From positions 4,464,001 through 4,528,000 of the forward strand of contig CM106586.1 in the NCBI GenBank assembly GCA_048013815.1: DNA of 64,000 bases, written 5' to 3'. The translations under genes and the position numbers were made by a program. Positions 54,399-64,000 of this stretch are shown here, one piece after another. Under the pieces are notes generated by a model. The model was not told where the DNA came from. It was given only the letters and a program-made list of their open reading frames with translations, and made no database searches. This DNA comes from Setoptus koraiensis. Taxonomy: Eukaryota; Animalia; Arthropoda. Numbering within the stretch: position 1 is the stretch's first letter; each line of letters starts with the position of its first letter.

Positions 54399-55290
54399 AA
54401 TTTCTGCTTTTGATTGAGTGTCCGCGACCGACTATTGAGTCAGTTATCCGGCGATACTATCTCATGGTTTTTTTTTATAGGAAATGCATACAGAAGAAAA
54501 TTCATGAAAACAATCAAAAGATCAACTTCCTATTAATAATTTGTACGTCATTTTATCACTTGACAACGCAGGTCACTCGTATTCGCTATGGAATCAGCCT
54601 ACTAATAACGCTCTAACTTAATGCTGCAATTTGTCAATTAGCAATCGTTAGCTTTGAGTTGTGCTGATTTCCGGCCAAAGTGATTACCGAGCATTGATAT
54701 CATTAATCATCATTCGTTGGCCTGCCCGTAATTTCGAAATATCATTCATCCAGTTTGACAAAATCATCGACTTTACCTATACTCACTCTGAAGATGAAAA
54801 GAGAATTTCACTTTCTAGATGATTAGACCAGTAAACTAAAAGGTTGCCTAGGCTATGGAGTTCAGTTCAATTCAAGTGTTGATTGGATATGTACGAACGA
54901 TGTTCGACCTAGAAAGTTGTTGCCAAAGTAAAACTATTTGATAGTATCTTGTAGAGACCAAATTAGTCACAGTGATGATGCGACAGATTTGTGCTCACAA
55001 ACATTGTTGAAAATATCCTCTGTGAGCTGCGCTAACAAGCGAAAAGGCCTCGTACAAAAAAAAACTAGAACTTTCTGGAACCACAGACTGTATATGTCTG
55101 ATGAATGGCTAACCAGAATCTAGACTAAAATATGCAACAATAACCAGCTATTGGTGTAAAGATAGATTTTTTTATCTAGCAGATGATATGAATCATTGAC
55201 GATATAGCATGGATGATATGATTTTTGTTGCACAACTCGTGAGTACTATGTAAACTAAATCCAGACATCATAACAAACAGTTTGGTACAT

Positions 55291-55445
55291 CTAATATTAG
55301 ATACAGAATCTTGCATTGGGGGAGAAGGACAACTCGCGTATTATCGATAAGAAAAAACAGTATAGACTCAAATGCAAAAGGTGTAACTTATTCACATTCT
55401 ACTAGCACTCGAGAGACTCTGAATTATATTTTTCGTTAGCGAGGC
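55291..55445 (+). pseudogene. STEEP1: STEEP1 internal fragment
   Basis: Matches 50383-50640 with 8-nt and 93-nt deletions and AAG>TAG. Confidence 0.9.
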
Positions 55446-55571
55446 TTTGTTTCGTGTGATTCCAAAATGGGCTCTGGCGTAGTTTCAATCTTTTCTCCTA
55501 ACCCTTTGACAATGCGAGCCGCTAGAATCCCTAGTAACTAGGGCCTAGTTGCACTTGCCATTCCCCAACCA

Positions 55572-55800
55572 CTAGCCATATATATGGTTGGTCAAAAGAT
55601 CTTCGATTTCGACGGCCGCCATGTCTGCTAATTTCGAAGATCTAAGTCTTTCACCTATGATCCTGATCTTTTGTTTGAGCTCGTTAGTGTCTCCACTCTC
55701 TACTGTGCCAAGTGAAAAATATATCAGTCTGCCTGGTTTGTTCTGCAATCTATCAGGTGTATCTCAAGGTGTGTCTTCCTTTCTCACCAATTGGTCGCAT
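55572..55800 (-). pseudogene. UDP-glycosyltransferase relic (middle and C-terminal pieces joined by a deletion)
   Basis: MRPIGEK.../LEI-PDRLQNKPGRLIYFSLGTVESGD|TNELKQKIRIIGERLRSSKLADMAAVEIEDLLTNHIYG*. P..L..KPG.LIYFS.G is typical of mite UGTs. The weaker DDVELTSMDNFSSQ at ~55880-55920 may also belong. Confidence 0.72.
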
Positions 55801-56122
55801 TCAATACGCATTTATCAATACTAGCAAGACTACGAATTTATTGTCTGTTTGTTCGGTTTAATTATGTAGTAAATGATCTGAGATGAAAAGTTGTCCATCG
55901 ACGTCAATTCTACATCATCGATTGCCCATTCAATCGAAAGGCTGGTATTATGCAATGCAAAGAGAGACAAACAATGAATGTTTGTCGGAGAAAACCAAAT
56001 TGGCGAGAAAAAACATTGCACAAAGAGCTGTATCGATGTTTGGGATCATAGAAGCTTGATATGAACAACTGATCGGATTGTTAAAAGTGCTATCTGACCA
56101 AATAATCAGCAAATGTAATTTT

Positions 56123-57430
56123 TCAAAATCGAAAGAATGGATCAGATATCACAGGAAATTGTTGATATCCCCAATACTGCTGCTGATCTCGTGAGTGGTC
56201 AACCTGACAATTTGGATCACCATAAGGGCAAGGTGGCCGTCTCCTTTGCTGCTCTCTCCTGTTGGCTTCTTCATACGCCTTCCTTCTAGCATCTTCTTTC
56301 CTTTTGGCTTCTTCCAACTCCCTCTTTTGGGCCTCTTCTTTCCTCTTGGCTTCTTCCAACTCCTCCCTCTTTCTTGCCTCTTCCAATTCGTACTTCTTTT
56401 TGATTGGTTGCAACTTATCTAACTCTTCCGCCATTTCGTTTCTATCCATTGTCAGCTTGTTTATCTCTTTTGCTTGAGAATCCTTGATTACCTCGCAAGT
56501 ACTCAAACTGCGTTTGGTTTCCGCCAATTGATTACCGCACTCGTGCATCATGGCCACTTGTTTCTCAAATGTAGCCAATTTTGACTCGTACGAATTTCTC
56601 ATTTCATTTTGACGATCGGCACTCTCCGTTTTGATAGAGCACAATCCTTGCTTCAAATCGCTCAACTCTTTGTCTTTTTGCTTCAATTTATTCTCTGCAT
56701 CCTTTAAGATAGTAGATAGAGAGGAAATCAATTTATTCTTTACTTCCATTTCTTTGTCAATCTTATTCAAATCTTTCTGTAAAATGGAAATTTCCTGCTC
56801 GTATTGACTTCTTACAGATTTTAGTTGATTTTCGTGACTTTGTTTAGCATCATGCATGTCCTTGAGCGATGCACTCAATTCTTCTCTCGTTTGGTCGAAA
56901 CTTTCTTTCAGCTGTTCATGAGCGGCCTCAGATTTTTGTCTGCCAGACAACGCTTCTTCTAATTGTCCCGCTAATTTTTCACTCTTTGAGCGTTCCTTGT
57001 CTAACATTTCTTGCAATTCTGTGAGTGAATTTTGTCTTACAGCATCTCTCGCCTCCAAAGAATCTAGTTCTCGTTGTTTCCTGTCCAGAGCATCAGTAAG
57101 AACAATAATACTTTCGTCATCTCCGGCCTCGTTGGCAGACCCATCATGCGGTGAAATTACATCCGAAGTTCCTCTTGATTCCCTTTCATTTCCAATTTCA
57201 TCCGCAGCAACAATTTCGGGAGCCGTTGCTTCACTTTTCGGACGTTCTTTGAAAGAGTTCATTTCATCGTTACCCTTCAGTTTCTCGAAGTATCCAACCA
57301 ACGAGCTCACTTTTGCCAAATTACCTCGTTCTTCATTAGATCCAGCAGGCTTTGCAGATGTTACATGAAATATGATAGAAAGCAGAATAAACACTGTTGA
57401 CAAAAATCTAACATCTTGTTGTCGAATCAT
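56123..57430 (-). CDS. Secreted coiled-coil protein, type A copy A2, 435 aa (longest A form)
   Basis: Signal peptide nearly identical to A1; KVSSLVGYFE; two extra in-frame coiled-coil blocks; ELEEAKRKEE repeats; CPYGDPNC; Q/aromatic tail. Confidence 0.87.
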   Translation of the reverse strand: MIRQQDVRFLSTVFILLSIIFHVTSAKPAGSNEERGNLAKVSSLVGYFEKLKGNDEMNSFKERPKSEATAPEIVAADEIGNERESRGTSDVISPHDGSANEAGDDESIIVLTDALDRKQRELDSLEARDAVRQNSLTELQEMLDKERSKSEKLAGQLEEALSGRQKSEAAHEQLKESFDQTREELSASLKDMHDAKQSHENQLKSVRSQYEQEISILQKDLNKIDKEMEVKNKLISSLSTILKDAENKLKQKDKELSDLKQGLCSIKTESADRQNEMRNSYESKLATFEKQVAMMHECGNQLAETKRSLSTCEVIKDSQAKEINKLTMDRNEMAEELDKLQPIKKKYELEEARKREELEEAKRKEEAQKRELEEAKRKEDARRKAYEEANRREQQRRRPPCPYGDPNCQVDHSRDQQQYWGYQQFPVISDPFFRF

Positions 57431-58077
57431 CGTCAGCCGTTCAACCAGATATCAAATACCAAATCTTGACAGTTTTTTAGGAAATCACCCAAACTTATAT
57501 TTCAGCAATTAAAAACAATGATAATAATATCAGCATTTCAACATTCACATTTGTTATGGTGGTCTAGAAACAATGGATAATAATGATAACATAATATCCA
57601 TGGAAGGTAAAAACTCTATAAATAGAATCGGATCATGCAATATGGATGACGAACTGGGGATTATTTTTGGTCAATCGAAGTTTGAAGCTAGACTAGAGAT
57701 GCCAATCGAAGGTTCAGTGAATTTTCGCATGGGCAGAAATGGCTCAAAAGAGGGTAAAAGAGTTTGTCTATAGATTTTGCACCGCAAGTTTCTGTCGCTG
57801 CCGGTTCGGCCGTATCTTTTACCTGCTAGACATGACGAAATAAAGTTGCGACCCTCTTCCAGGAAGATATGACGGTGCACCGTAATACAAAGGAACCTAG
57901 TCGATTCTTATCATTGAAATCTGAGAATTTCTCCGAAAGAGGTATACTCATTCTTAGAGATATATCAATGCTTGTAATAGAGAGACAGGGGAGACATCTC
58001 GATTTGTGGCGATTTGCTTAATTTATTCCGCATTTTACTCAAAGAAGCTCAAGACTTTTGGCGCTACCTATACAAAC

Positions 58078-58891
58078 CTAAACAAAATCTAACTCTATCT
58101 CGAGTCTAAATACAATATTGTTTTTACCAATTGTCATCTTCTTAAGCTCTTTCATCATTCGGGAGTTTTTGATGGCGTTGCCCGTACTCAGACTACGTTT
58201 TGTTTCCGCCAATTGAGCCACTTATTCGCACATCATGGCCGCTTGTTTCTCAAATATAGCTACTTTAGACTCATACGAATTTGTTTTCATTTCGACGATC
58301 GGCACTTTCAGTTTGATAAGATGCAATCCTTTCTCCAAATCGCTCAATTCTTCATCTCTCCACCTCAATTCACTCTCGCATTCCTTTCACCATAGCGGAT
58401 AAAAAGGAAATTAACTCATTCTTTTCTTTCATTTCTTTTTCAATCCTATTCAAATCTCTCCGTAAAGTGGAAATTTCCTGCTCATATTGGCCAGCTAATT
58501 TCTTACTCTTTAAGCGTTCCTTCTCCAACAACTCTTGCAGTTCTCTGAATGAATTCCGTTCGCTTCCATATCCATCTTGCGGTGAAAGTACATCCGAAGT
58601 TCCTCTTGGTTCTCTTTCATTCCCATCTGCATCAGCGGAACCAATTTCAGGAGCCGTTGGTTCTCTTTGTTCACTTTTCGGAAGTTCGTTGAGAGATTTA
58701 AGCCCAGCTTTGCCGCCCAGTTTCTCGAAATATCCAACCAACGAGCTCACTTTTGCCAAATTACCTCGTTCTTCATTAGATCCAAGCACAACATGGTTAT
58801 CAGGCTTTGCAGATGTAGCTTGAAATATGATAGAATGCAAAATAAACACTGTTGACAAAAATCTAACAACTTGTTGTCGAATCATCGTCAT
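58078..58891 (-). pseudogene. Type A copy A3, frameshifted
   Basis: Intact signal and N-half (173-aa ORF); +1 A near 58386 (GTG AAA GGA vs AAG GAA); TAA at 58222-24 in the restored frame. Confidence 0.85.
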
Positions 58892-59460
58892 CCGTTCAAT
58901 CAGATATCAAATACCAAATCTTGACAGTTTTCTAGGAAATCACCTAAACTTATATTTCAGCAATCAAAAATACTAATAATAATATCAACATTTCAGCGTT
59001 CACATTTGATATGGTGGTCCAGAAATGGATAATAATGTTAACATAATATCCATAGAAGGTCAAGACTCTATAAATAGATCCAGATCATGCACTATGAAAT
59101 TGGGATTATTTTTGGTCAATCGAAGTTTGAAATGACTAGTGATGGAAATCGATATCGAAATTCCAATGAATTTTCGCATGAGCAGAAAATCAAGATTATC
59201 CCAAGAGCGTGGAAGAATTTGCCGGCAGATTTTGCATCTTCGCTTGAGATGCTGCCATTAATTGTCAGTCATCGTCTGTTCGGTCGAATCTTTCACCCGA
59301 TAGAAATGGCGAAATAAAGTTGTGACTTCTTGTCAGAGATATAAGCCGGTGAACCATAATACTAAAGCATTAAGTCTATTCGTTTCAACGAAATCTGAGA
59401 ATTTCTCTACGAGAATCAGTGCTTGTAATGGAGAGGCAGGGCAAGCATCTCGATTTGTGG

Positions 59461-59629
59461 TTCTGTATATATAGAGGGCAAATCTTTCTCCAAATCGCTC
59501 AATTCTTTGTCTCTTCGCCTCAATTTATTCTCTGATTCCTCTTAACATAGCAGATAACGAGGTAATTAATTAATTCTTTCCTTTCATTTCTTTGTTAATG
59601 TTCAAATCTATCTACAGAGTAGAAATTTC
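59461..59629 (-). pseudogene. Short type A relic under the end of B2
   Basis: EISTL*IDLNINKEMKGKN*LITSLSAML/EESENKLRRRDKELSDLEKDL, then truncated. Confidence 0.8.
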
Positions 59630-60911
59630 TTAAGAAGCTCAATTCCTCTTCTTTTCGTGCCATTGCGTTCTCCATTTTTTTGCTCATTTCACTCAAATCT
59701 TTCTCCATAGAGGACAGTTTTTGATCATATTGACTAGATAAAGTTTTGATGACAACTTCGTGCGTCCTCTTGAAGTCGCTGGACTCTATTCGCAAAGAAT
59801 TCAACGTTTCTTGTGTTTGCCTTAAATTCTCTTTTAATTGTTCTTTTGTGGCTTCGATTTCTTGTAGCCTAGACGACGCATCTTCCAACTGTTTTAGCAA
59901 GTTTACGTTCTCTTCACGCTCGTTATCCAGAGCTTTTTGCAACTCTTTGAAAGACTCGCCTGTCTCCTTGTCGTCCCTGAGCGACATCTCTCTCAACTGC
60001 TTCAGCATATTTCTGTTCTCAGCCCTCTCGTTTTGTAGCAATCGTTGTACTTCTTTGAGAAACCTCTCTGTTTCTTTTGCCTTTTCGTTCGTCACTGTCA
60101 ATTCTTCTAATTGCTTTTTCAAATTATTGTTTTCTGTTTGCTCATTATGCAGTACTTCTTGCAACTCTTTGAGTGTCTTTTGAGTTTCTGTATCCTTCAT
60201 TGACATCTCTCTTAATTTTTCAATCAAGTTTTGATTCTCTGTTCGCTCGTTATCGAGACCTTTTTGTATCGCTCTCAGAGCGCTCTCAAAGTCACTTTTT
60301 TCTTTGAGAGACATCTCTCTCAAATGTTTCAGCGTGTTTACATTCTCTGCTCGCTCTATTTCTAGTATTTCTTTCACTTCATCTAGAGATCTCTGAGTCT
60401 CTTTCAATTTTTCATTCTTCTGTGATATTTCTTCTAACTGCTCGGCCAATTTTTTATTCTGCATTCGCTCATTTTCCAGTAACTTTTGTGACAACTGGAG
60501 CGAGTTTTGCGCCTCTGTTTCTTGTTGCCTCAGAAATTCTAGTTCCCGTCGCTTCTGGTCGATAGCTATCGACAGCCTAGTCATCTCATCATATTCTGCC
60601 GCCTTGTCTTCTTGAAGTTGGTTAAATTTCGACTTTGTTCTTGGCTCTCCATCTCGGTGGGCATCAGAAGAATTATCGATAGGTTTAGCTGGTCTATTCC
60701 TTGCCAGTTCTAGTGAAGATTTGTGCCCTCCGTTAGATCCAAAATTTTCAAAATGTTCAACCAGTGAACTTACTTTAATTATGTCCTCTCGGTCCAGAGT
60801 GGGCTTCTGTATCTCTCTATCGACCTCTGCCAAGGCCACCAATAGTATGAGGGGATTGAATAGAATGCATACAAAAGATAATGAAGCGGCATATCGATGG
60901 AGCGCGGCCAT
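59595..60911 (-). CDS. Secreted repeat coiled-coil protein, type B copy B2, 438 aa from the first ATG
   Basis: The ORF-track start (60956) is GTG; the ATG at 60911 aligns with B1 MAALH. KVSSLVEHFE; about six repeat units. Confidence 0.85.
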   Translation of the reverse strand: MAALHRYAASLSFVCILFNPLILLVALAEVDREIQKPTLDREDIIKVSSLVEHFENFGSNGGHKSSLELARNRPAKPIDNSSDAHRDGEPRTKSKFNQLQEDKAAEYDEMTRLSIAIDQKRRELEFLRQQETEAQNSLQLSQKLLENERMQNKKLAEQLEEISQKNEKLKETQRSLDEVKEILEIERAENVNTLKHLREMSLKEKSDFESALRAIQKGLDNERTENQNLIEKLREMSMKDTETQKTLKELQEVLHNEQTENNNLKKQLEELTVTNEKAKETERFLKEVQRLLQNERAENRNMLKQLREMSLRDDKETGESFKELQKALDNEREENVNLLKQLEDASSRLQEIEATKEQLKENLRQTQETLNSLRIESSDFKRTHEVVIKTLSSQYDQKLSSMEKDLSEMSKKMENAMARKEEELSFLRNFYSVDRFEH

Positions 60912-63530
60912 AATGTTCTGTAATGTTTTGTTGATTGAGTGTTCGCGACCGATCACCGAGTCATTTGTCCGCTGATACTGTCTGATTGTTTTTTTCGTTT
61001 AATAACATACCGAAGAAAAATCATGAAAACGATCAAAAGATCACCTTCCTCATAATAATACACATGTCACTATGTCACTTGATAACGCAGGTCACTCGCA
61101 TTCGCCATGGAATCAGCCTACTAATAACAGCGATCGAAATCTATAACCTAATGCCTTAATCTGTCACTTTGCAATCGTTAGCTTTGAGTTATGGTGATTT
61201 TTGGCTAAAGTGACTAAAGAGCACTGATATCATTAATCATCGTTCGTTGGCCTGCCCGTAATTTCGAAGCATCATTCATCTAGTTTGACAAAATCATCGA
61301 CTTTATCTATACTCACTTAGAAGATGAAAAGAGATTTTCACTTTCTAGATGATTGAACCATTAAATTAACAGGTCGCCTAGGCTGCGGAGTTCTGCTCAA
61401 TTCCTGTGTTGATTGGGTACTTCCAAAACTTATTTGGTTCGACCTAGAAACTTGTTGCCAAAGTAAAACTATCCGATGGTATATAATAGAAACACACTCA
61501 ATTTCACAATGATGATGCGACACATTTGTACACTCGAACATTGTTGTAAATATCCTCTGTGAGTTGCCGTGGCTAGCGAAATGGCCTCATACGAAAAAAT
61601 GAAATACTGTAGGAAAAAATATTTTTTTTTTCATCGGCATGAGTTTGTAAATATAAAAGAAAGTGGCGTCAGTAACAGTCACTGTCTGATGAATGACTAA
61701 CCAGAATCCAGACTAAAATGTGCAGCAATAACCAGCTATGGGTGTAAAGATAGAATTTGTTTGTCTGTCAGATGATATGAATCATTGACGATATAACATA
61801 GATGATATTTATTAATGTTACACAACTCGTGAGTAATATATAAACTAAATACAGACATCATGACAATAATAATTTTGTGTGTTATTTTTCTCATCGGAAG
61901 TGTGTGACAAAAAATCTCAATGTTTACACCTAGTACAGCTATATGAATGAATGCTGTCATAGTATTAGATAATAATAATTATATGGATTATTATTGATTG
62001 CCACAATAACATGTGTTTCCTTGATAACACATATCTAGTTTTTAATGTACTAAGGTATTAGATAGATTTTTCTGTAGCCTGCACGGTACAGTTATGGATA
62101 ATTGTTTCTCTAGACTGGTAATTGGTTTTGGCTGAATTAATAATTAATTAGTATGTATAAGTATGTACAAGGATTACAGTAGTGGTGAGATATAGTCTTC
62201 ATTGTGTGTGCATGATGGATAAGGAGATAAATATGCTGATATCAACATTGTGTTATATATATTACATTACAGTCATATCTGATTTAATGACGATTCTATA
62301 AATACACAGCGCGCGCGCGTAACAACAATCATCATCATCAATTGATGCGATAATTATGACCACTGCAATAGTCTTGATACTTTATCATAGATAGATAGAT
62401 GTGCTCTTTAATAATAGAAAATGGAATAGACTAATGATAATTATAGTCAATAATAGTAATAGTAATACAGTAATAATAATAGAGGCCTTCATGTTTTGTG
62501 TTCCATGTTCAATCATCGATTAGATTCTTGCTCGATTAATTCGTTAATTATATACGTGTGTGTAGGTTTTGTCCATTCTTTGCGTTTAAACAATTCAATG
62601 TGTCTCATCGAGTAGTTGGCCAGAAACATACACACGTTCGTTTGGAATGTGCCAGTTGGATTTGTTTGGAATGGCGGCCACTTTTGCAAGCTTTGGACCC
62701 CCCATTCAAGGCTACTAATTGCTACTTTCTCTCTTCTCTTGATCACTTATTTTCCCAATGAATACATGTGTTAATAAATTATTGGTGACGCTCCATTATT
62801 GGCTACTATCTTTGATAGGTATTCTCGTGGCGAGCTGAATGACAAAACTGACCGAACGAATGTAAACAAACAAAATGTTGTATGATAGTGACCACACGAA
62901 TTGTGTTTACGCTATGTGTTGCTCAATTTTGTTTTAACCGTTTTGTTGATTAGATAGACTCATCTTAATAATAGTTATTGCCGTTGTTGTTGTTGTTGTT
63001 GTTGTTGTTGTTGCTGGTCCAATTGATGATAATAATTGGTAAAATTATTGTATTTGGTTGCATTCACAATGCAGTAGACAAACAAACAGAGAAACAAGCA
63101 AACATTTACATTTACATACTACATAATCACACAGACAGATCTGATTGGCGCCGTCGCTATGCAAAGCAAGTCATTGAAAACTTTGAGTTAAATCTCAACG
63201 TGTCGCCCACTGGCGCCAATTCTGTCCATTTATCTGGATGATAACGCCACGCCAATGACGCAATAATGTCAATCAATCAATATGCCCACTTGATGTTGTG
63301 TGTTACGTTGCATTTACAATACAATAATCATTATTGTTACACAATAATCATCGTCATAATATTTATGATATGCGTGGCACGATAACAACAAACCCGGTTT
63401 GTTATTGCGATCATGATAGTTATTGTTGCTGGCATTGTTCTAATCAGCTATTGTAATAATGGTCAGTGCGAGTGCACATGACATGACAAGCAAGAAGGTA
63501 AATGGAAGCAAATAATAACATCAATCGCGT

Positions 63531-63710
63531 CTACTCTAGCTGTCTGGTGAAGCTTGGAAATTTGAAAACTTCCGGCACGGGCTCATCCAATCTAGCGATG
63601 ATCTTGTAAATGGTTTTCTTCCACGATTGTTCCTGATCCCTGCGATGGTAGATGGCGTCAAAGAATTGCCTCAGCGTCTGTTCCACAACGGATATAAACA
63701 CTTCGGGTAC
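63531..63710 (-). CDS. pros: Terminal coding exon of prospero (Prospero domain C-terminus); rest of the gene lies beyond the window
   Basis: GTGCTTGTAG acceptor, then [59 protein letters not shown], matching the ..SWKK.IYK.I.R.D.PVP..FK.P.F..QLE end of Prospero/PROX1. Confidence 0.95.
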   Translation of the reverse strand, partial: VPEVFISVVEQTLRQFFDAIYHRRDQEQSWKKTIYKIIARLDEPVPEVFKFPSFTRQLE

Positions 63711-64000
63711 CTACAAGCACGCGCGAGCGGGCGAGCAAACAAACACGCGTAACGATGGATGATTAATTAGCGATCATGAGACAGAGGGAGAGAGAGCAGG
63801 ATATTATAAATAATTGATGATATTATAGTTGAGATAAGCGCCCACTGGCGGACAATGCGGCGGCCACAAAATTGATTATACGTGTGCACGCGCCCATTGT
63901 GAGATTGTTGTGCAAGATGGTGGTCAGTGGTTAGATGGACACACAACAAGATAATCAGCCCCCCTCTTGGATAATCATGCCGCTGAGTGTATTTGGGGCG

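Larger units (their letters stand above)
50383..61866. repeat. Tandem segmental duplication: unit 1 ~50383-55276, unit 2 ~55291-61866
   Basis: Both units have the same order: STEEP1 piece, UGT relic, A gene, spacer, A relic, B gene, B upstream. 54399-55276 aligns to ~60912-61866; homology ends at CATCATAACAA / CATCATGACAA. Confidence 0.88.

Noticed and set aside
56117-56143. A2 ends SDPFFRF*, resembling SDPFLRF-amide; TGA-AAA is one change from G-K
   Set aside because: No Gly for amidation, no adjacent dibasic site, and absent from A1; probably coincidence.
52441-59317. Plus-strand spacer ORFs (MDNNDNII...GIIFGQSKFE) in three copies
   Set aside because: Frames break differently in each copy; explained by duplication of the A upstream DNA.
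53335-60183. Long antisense Ser/Leu/Phe-rich ORFs over the coiled-coil genes
   Set aside because: Shadow frames of E/K/Q-rich codons.

Overview
Eukaryotic, intron-poor arthropod DNA, most likely an acariform (eriophyoid-like) mite. This is inferred from an allatostatin-A precursor, mite-type UGT relics, compact genes and CAA/TTG-rich spacers. Bases 1-1.3 kb hold two orphan genes, one with a signal peptide. Bases 1.4-31 kb are mostly low-complexity non-coding DNA, with a candidate prepropeptide exon (14440-14739) and a TA-flanked Tc1/mariner-type MITE (20923-21473). Next come a two-exon allatostatin A gene, a dead CDC5L::ARL2 chimera, a 797-aa C2H2 zinc-finger gene, and a tight DLST / ZNF622 / STEEP1 housekeeping block. 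At 51-61 kb lies the most novel feature: a tandemly duplicated array of one family of signal-peptide-bearing coiled-coil proteins (4 intact ORFs, 3 relics). They share an N-terminal KVSSLVxxFE motif, vary in length by in-frame repeat gain/loss, and are interleaved with STEEP1 and bacterial-type UGT relics; this is a candidate salivary effector locus. The last exon of prospero (missed by the ORF track) closes the window. Several relic junctions sit on 2-5 nt microhomologies. No rRNA, tRNA or CRISPR array was recognised. All homology calls come from motif recognition by eye, not from database searches.
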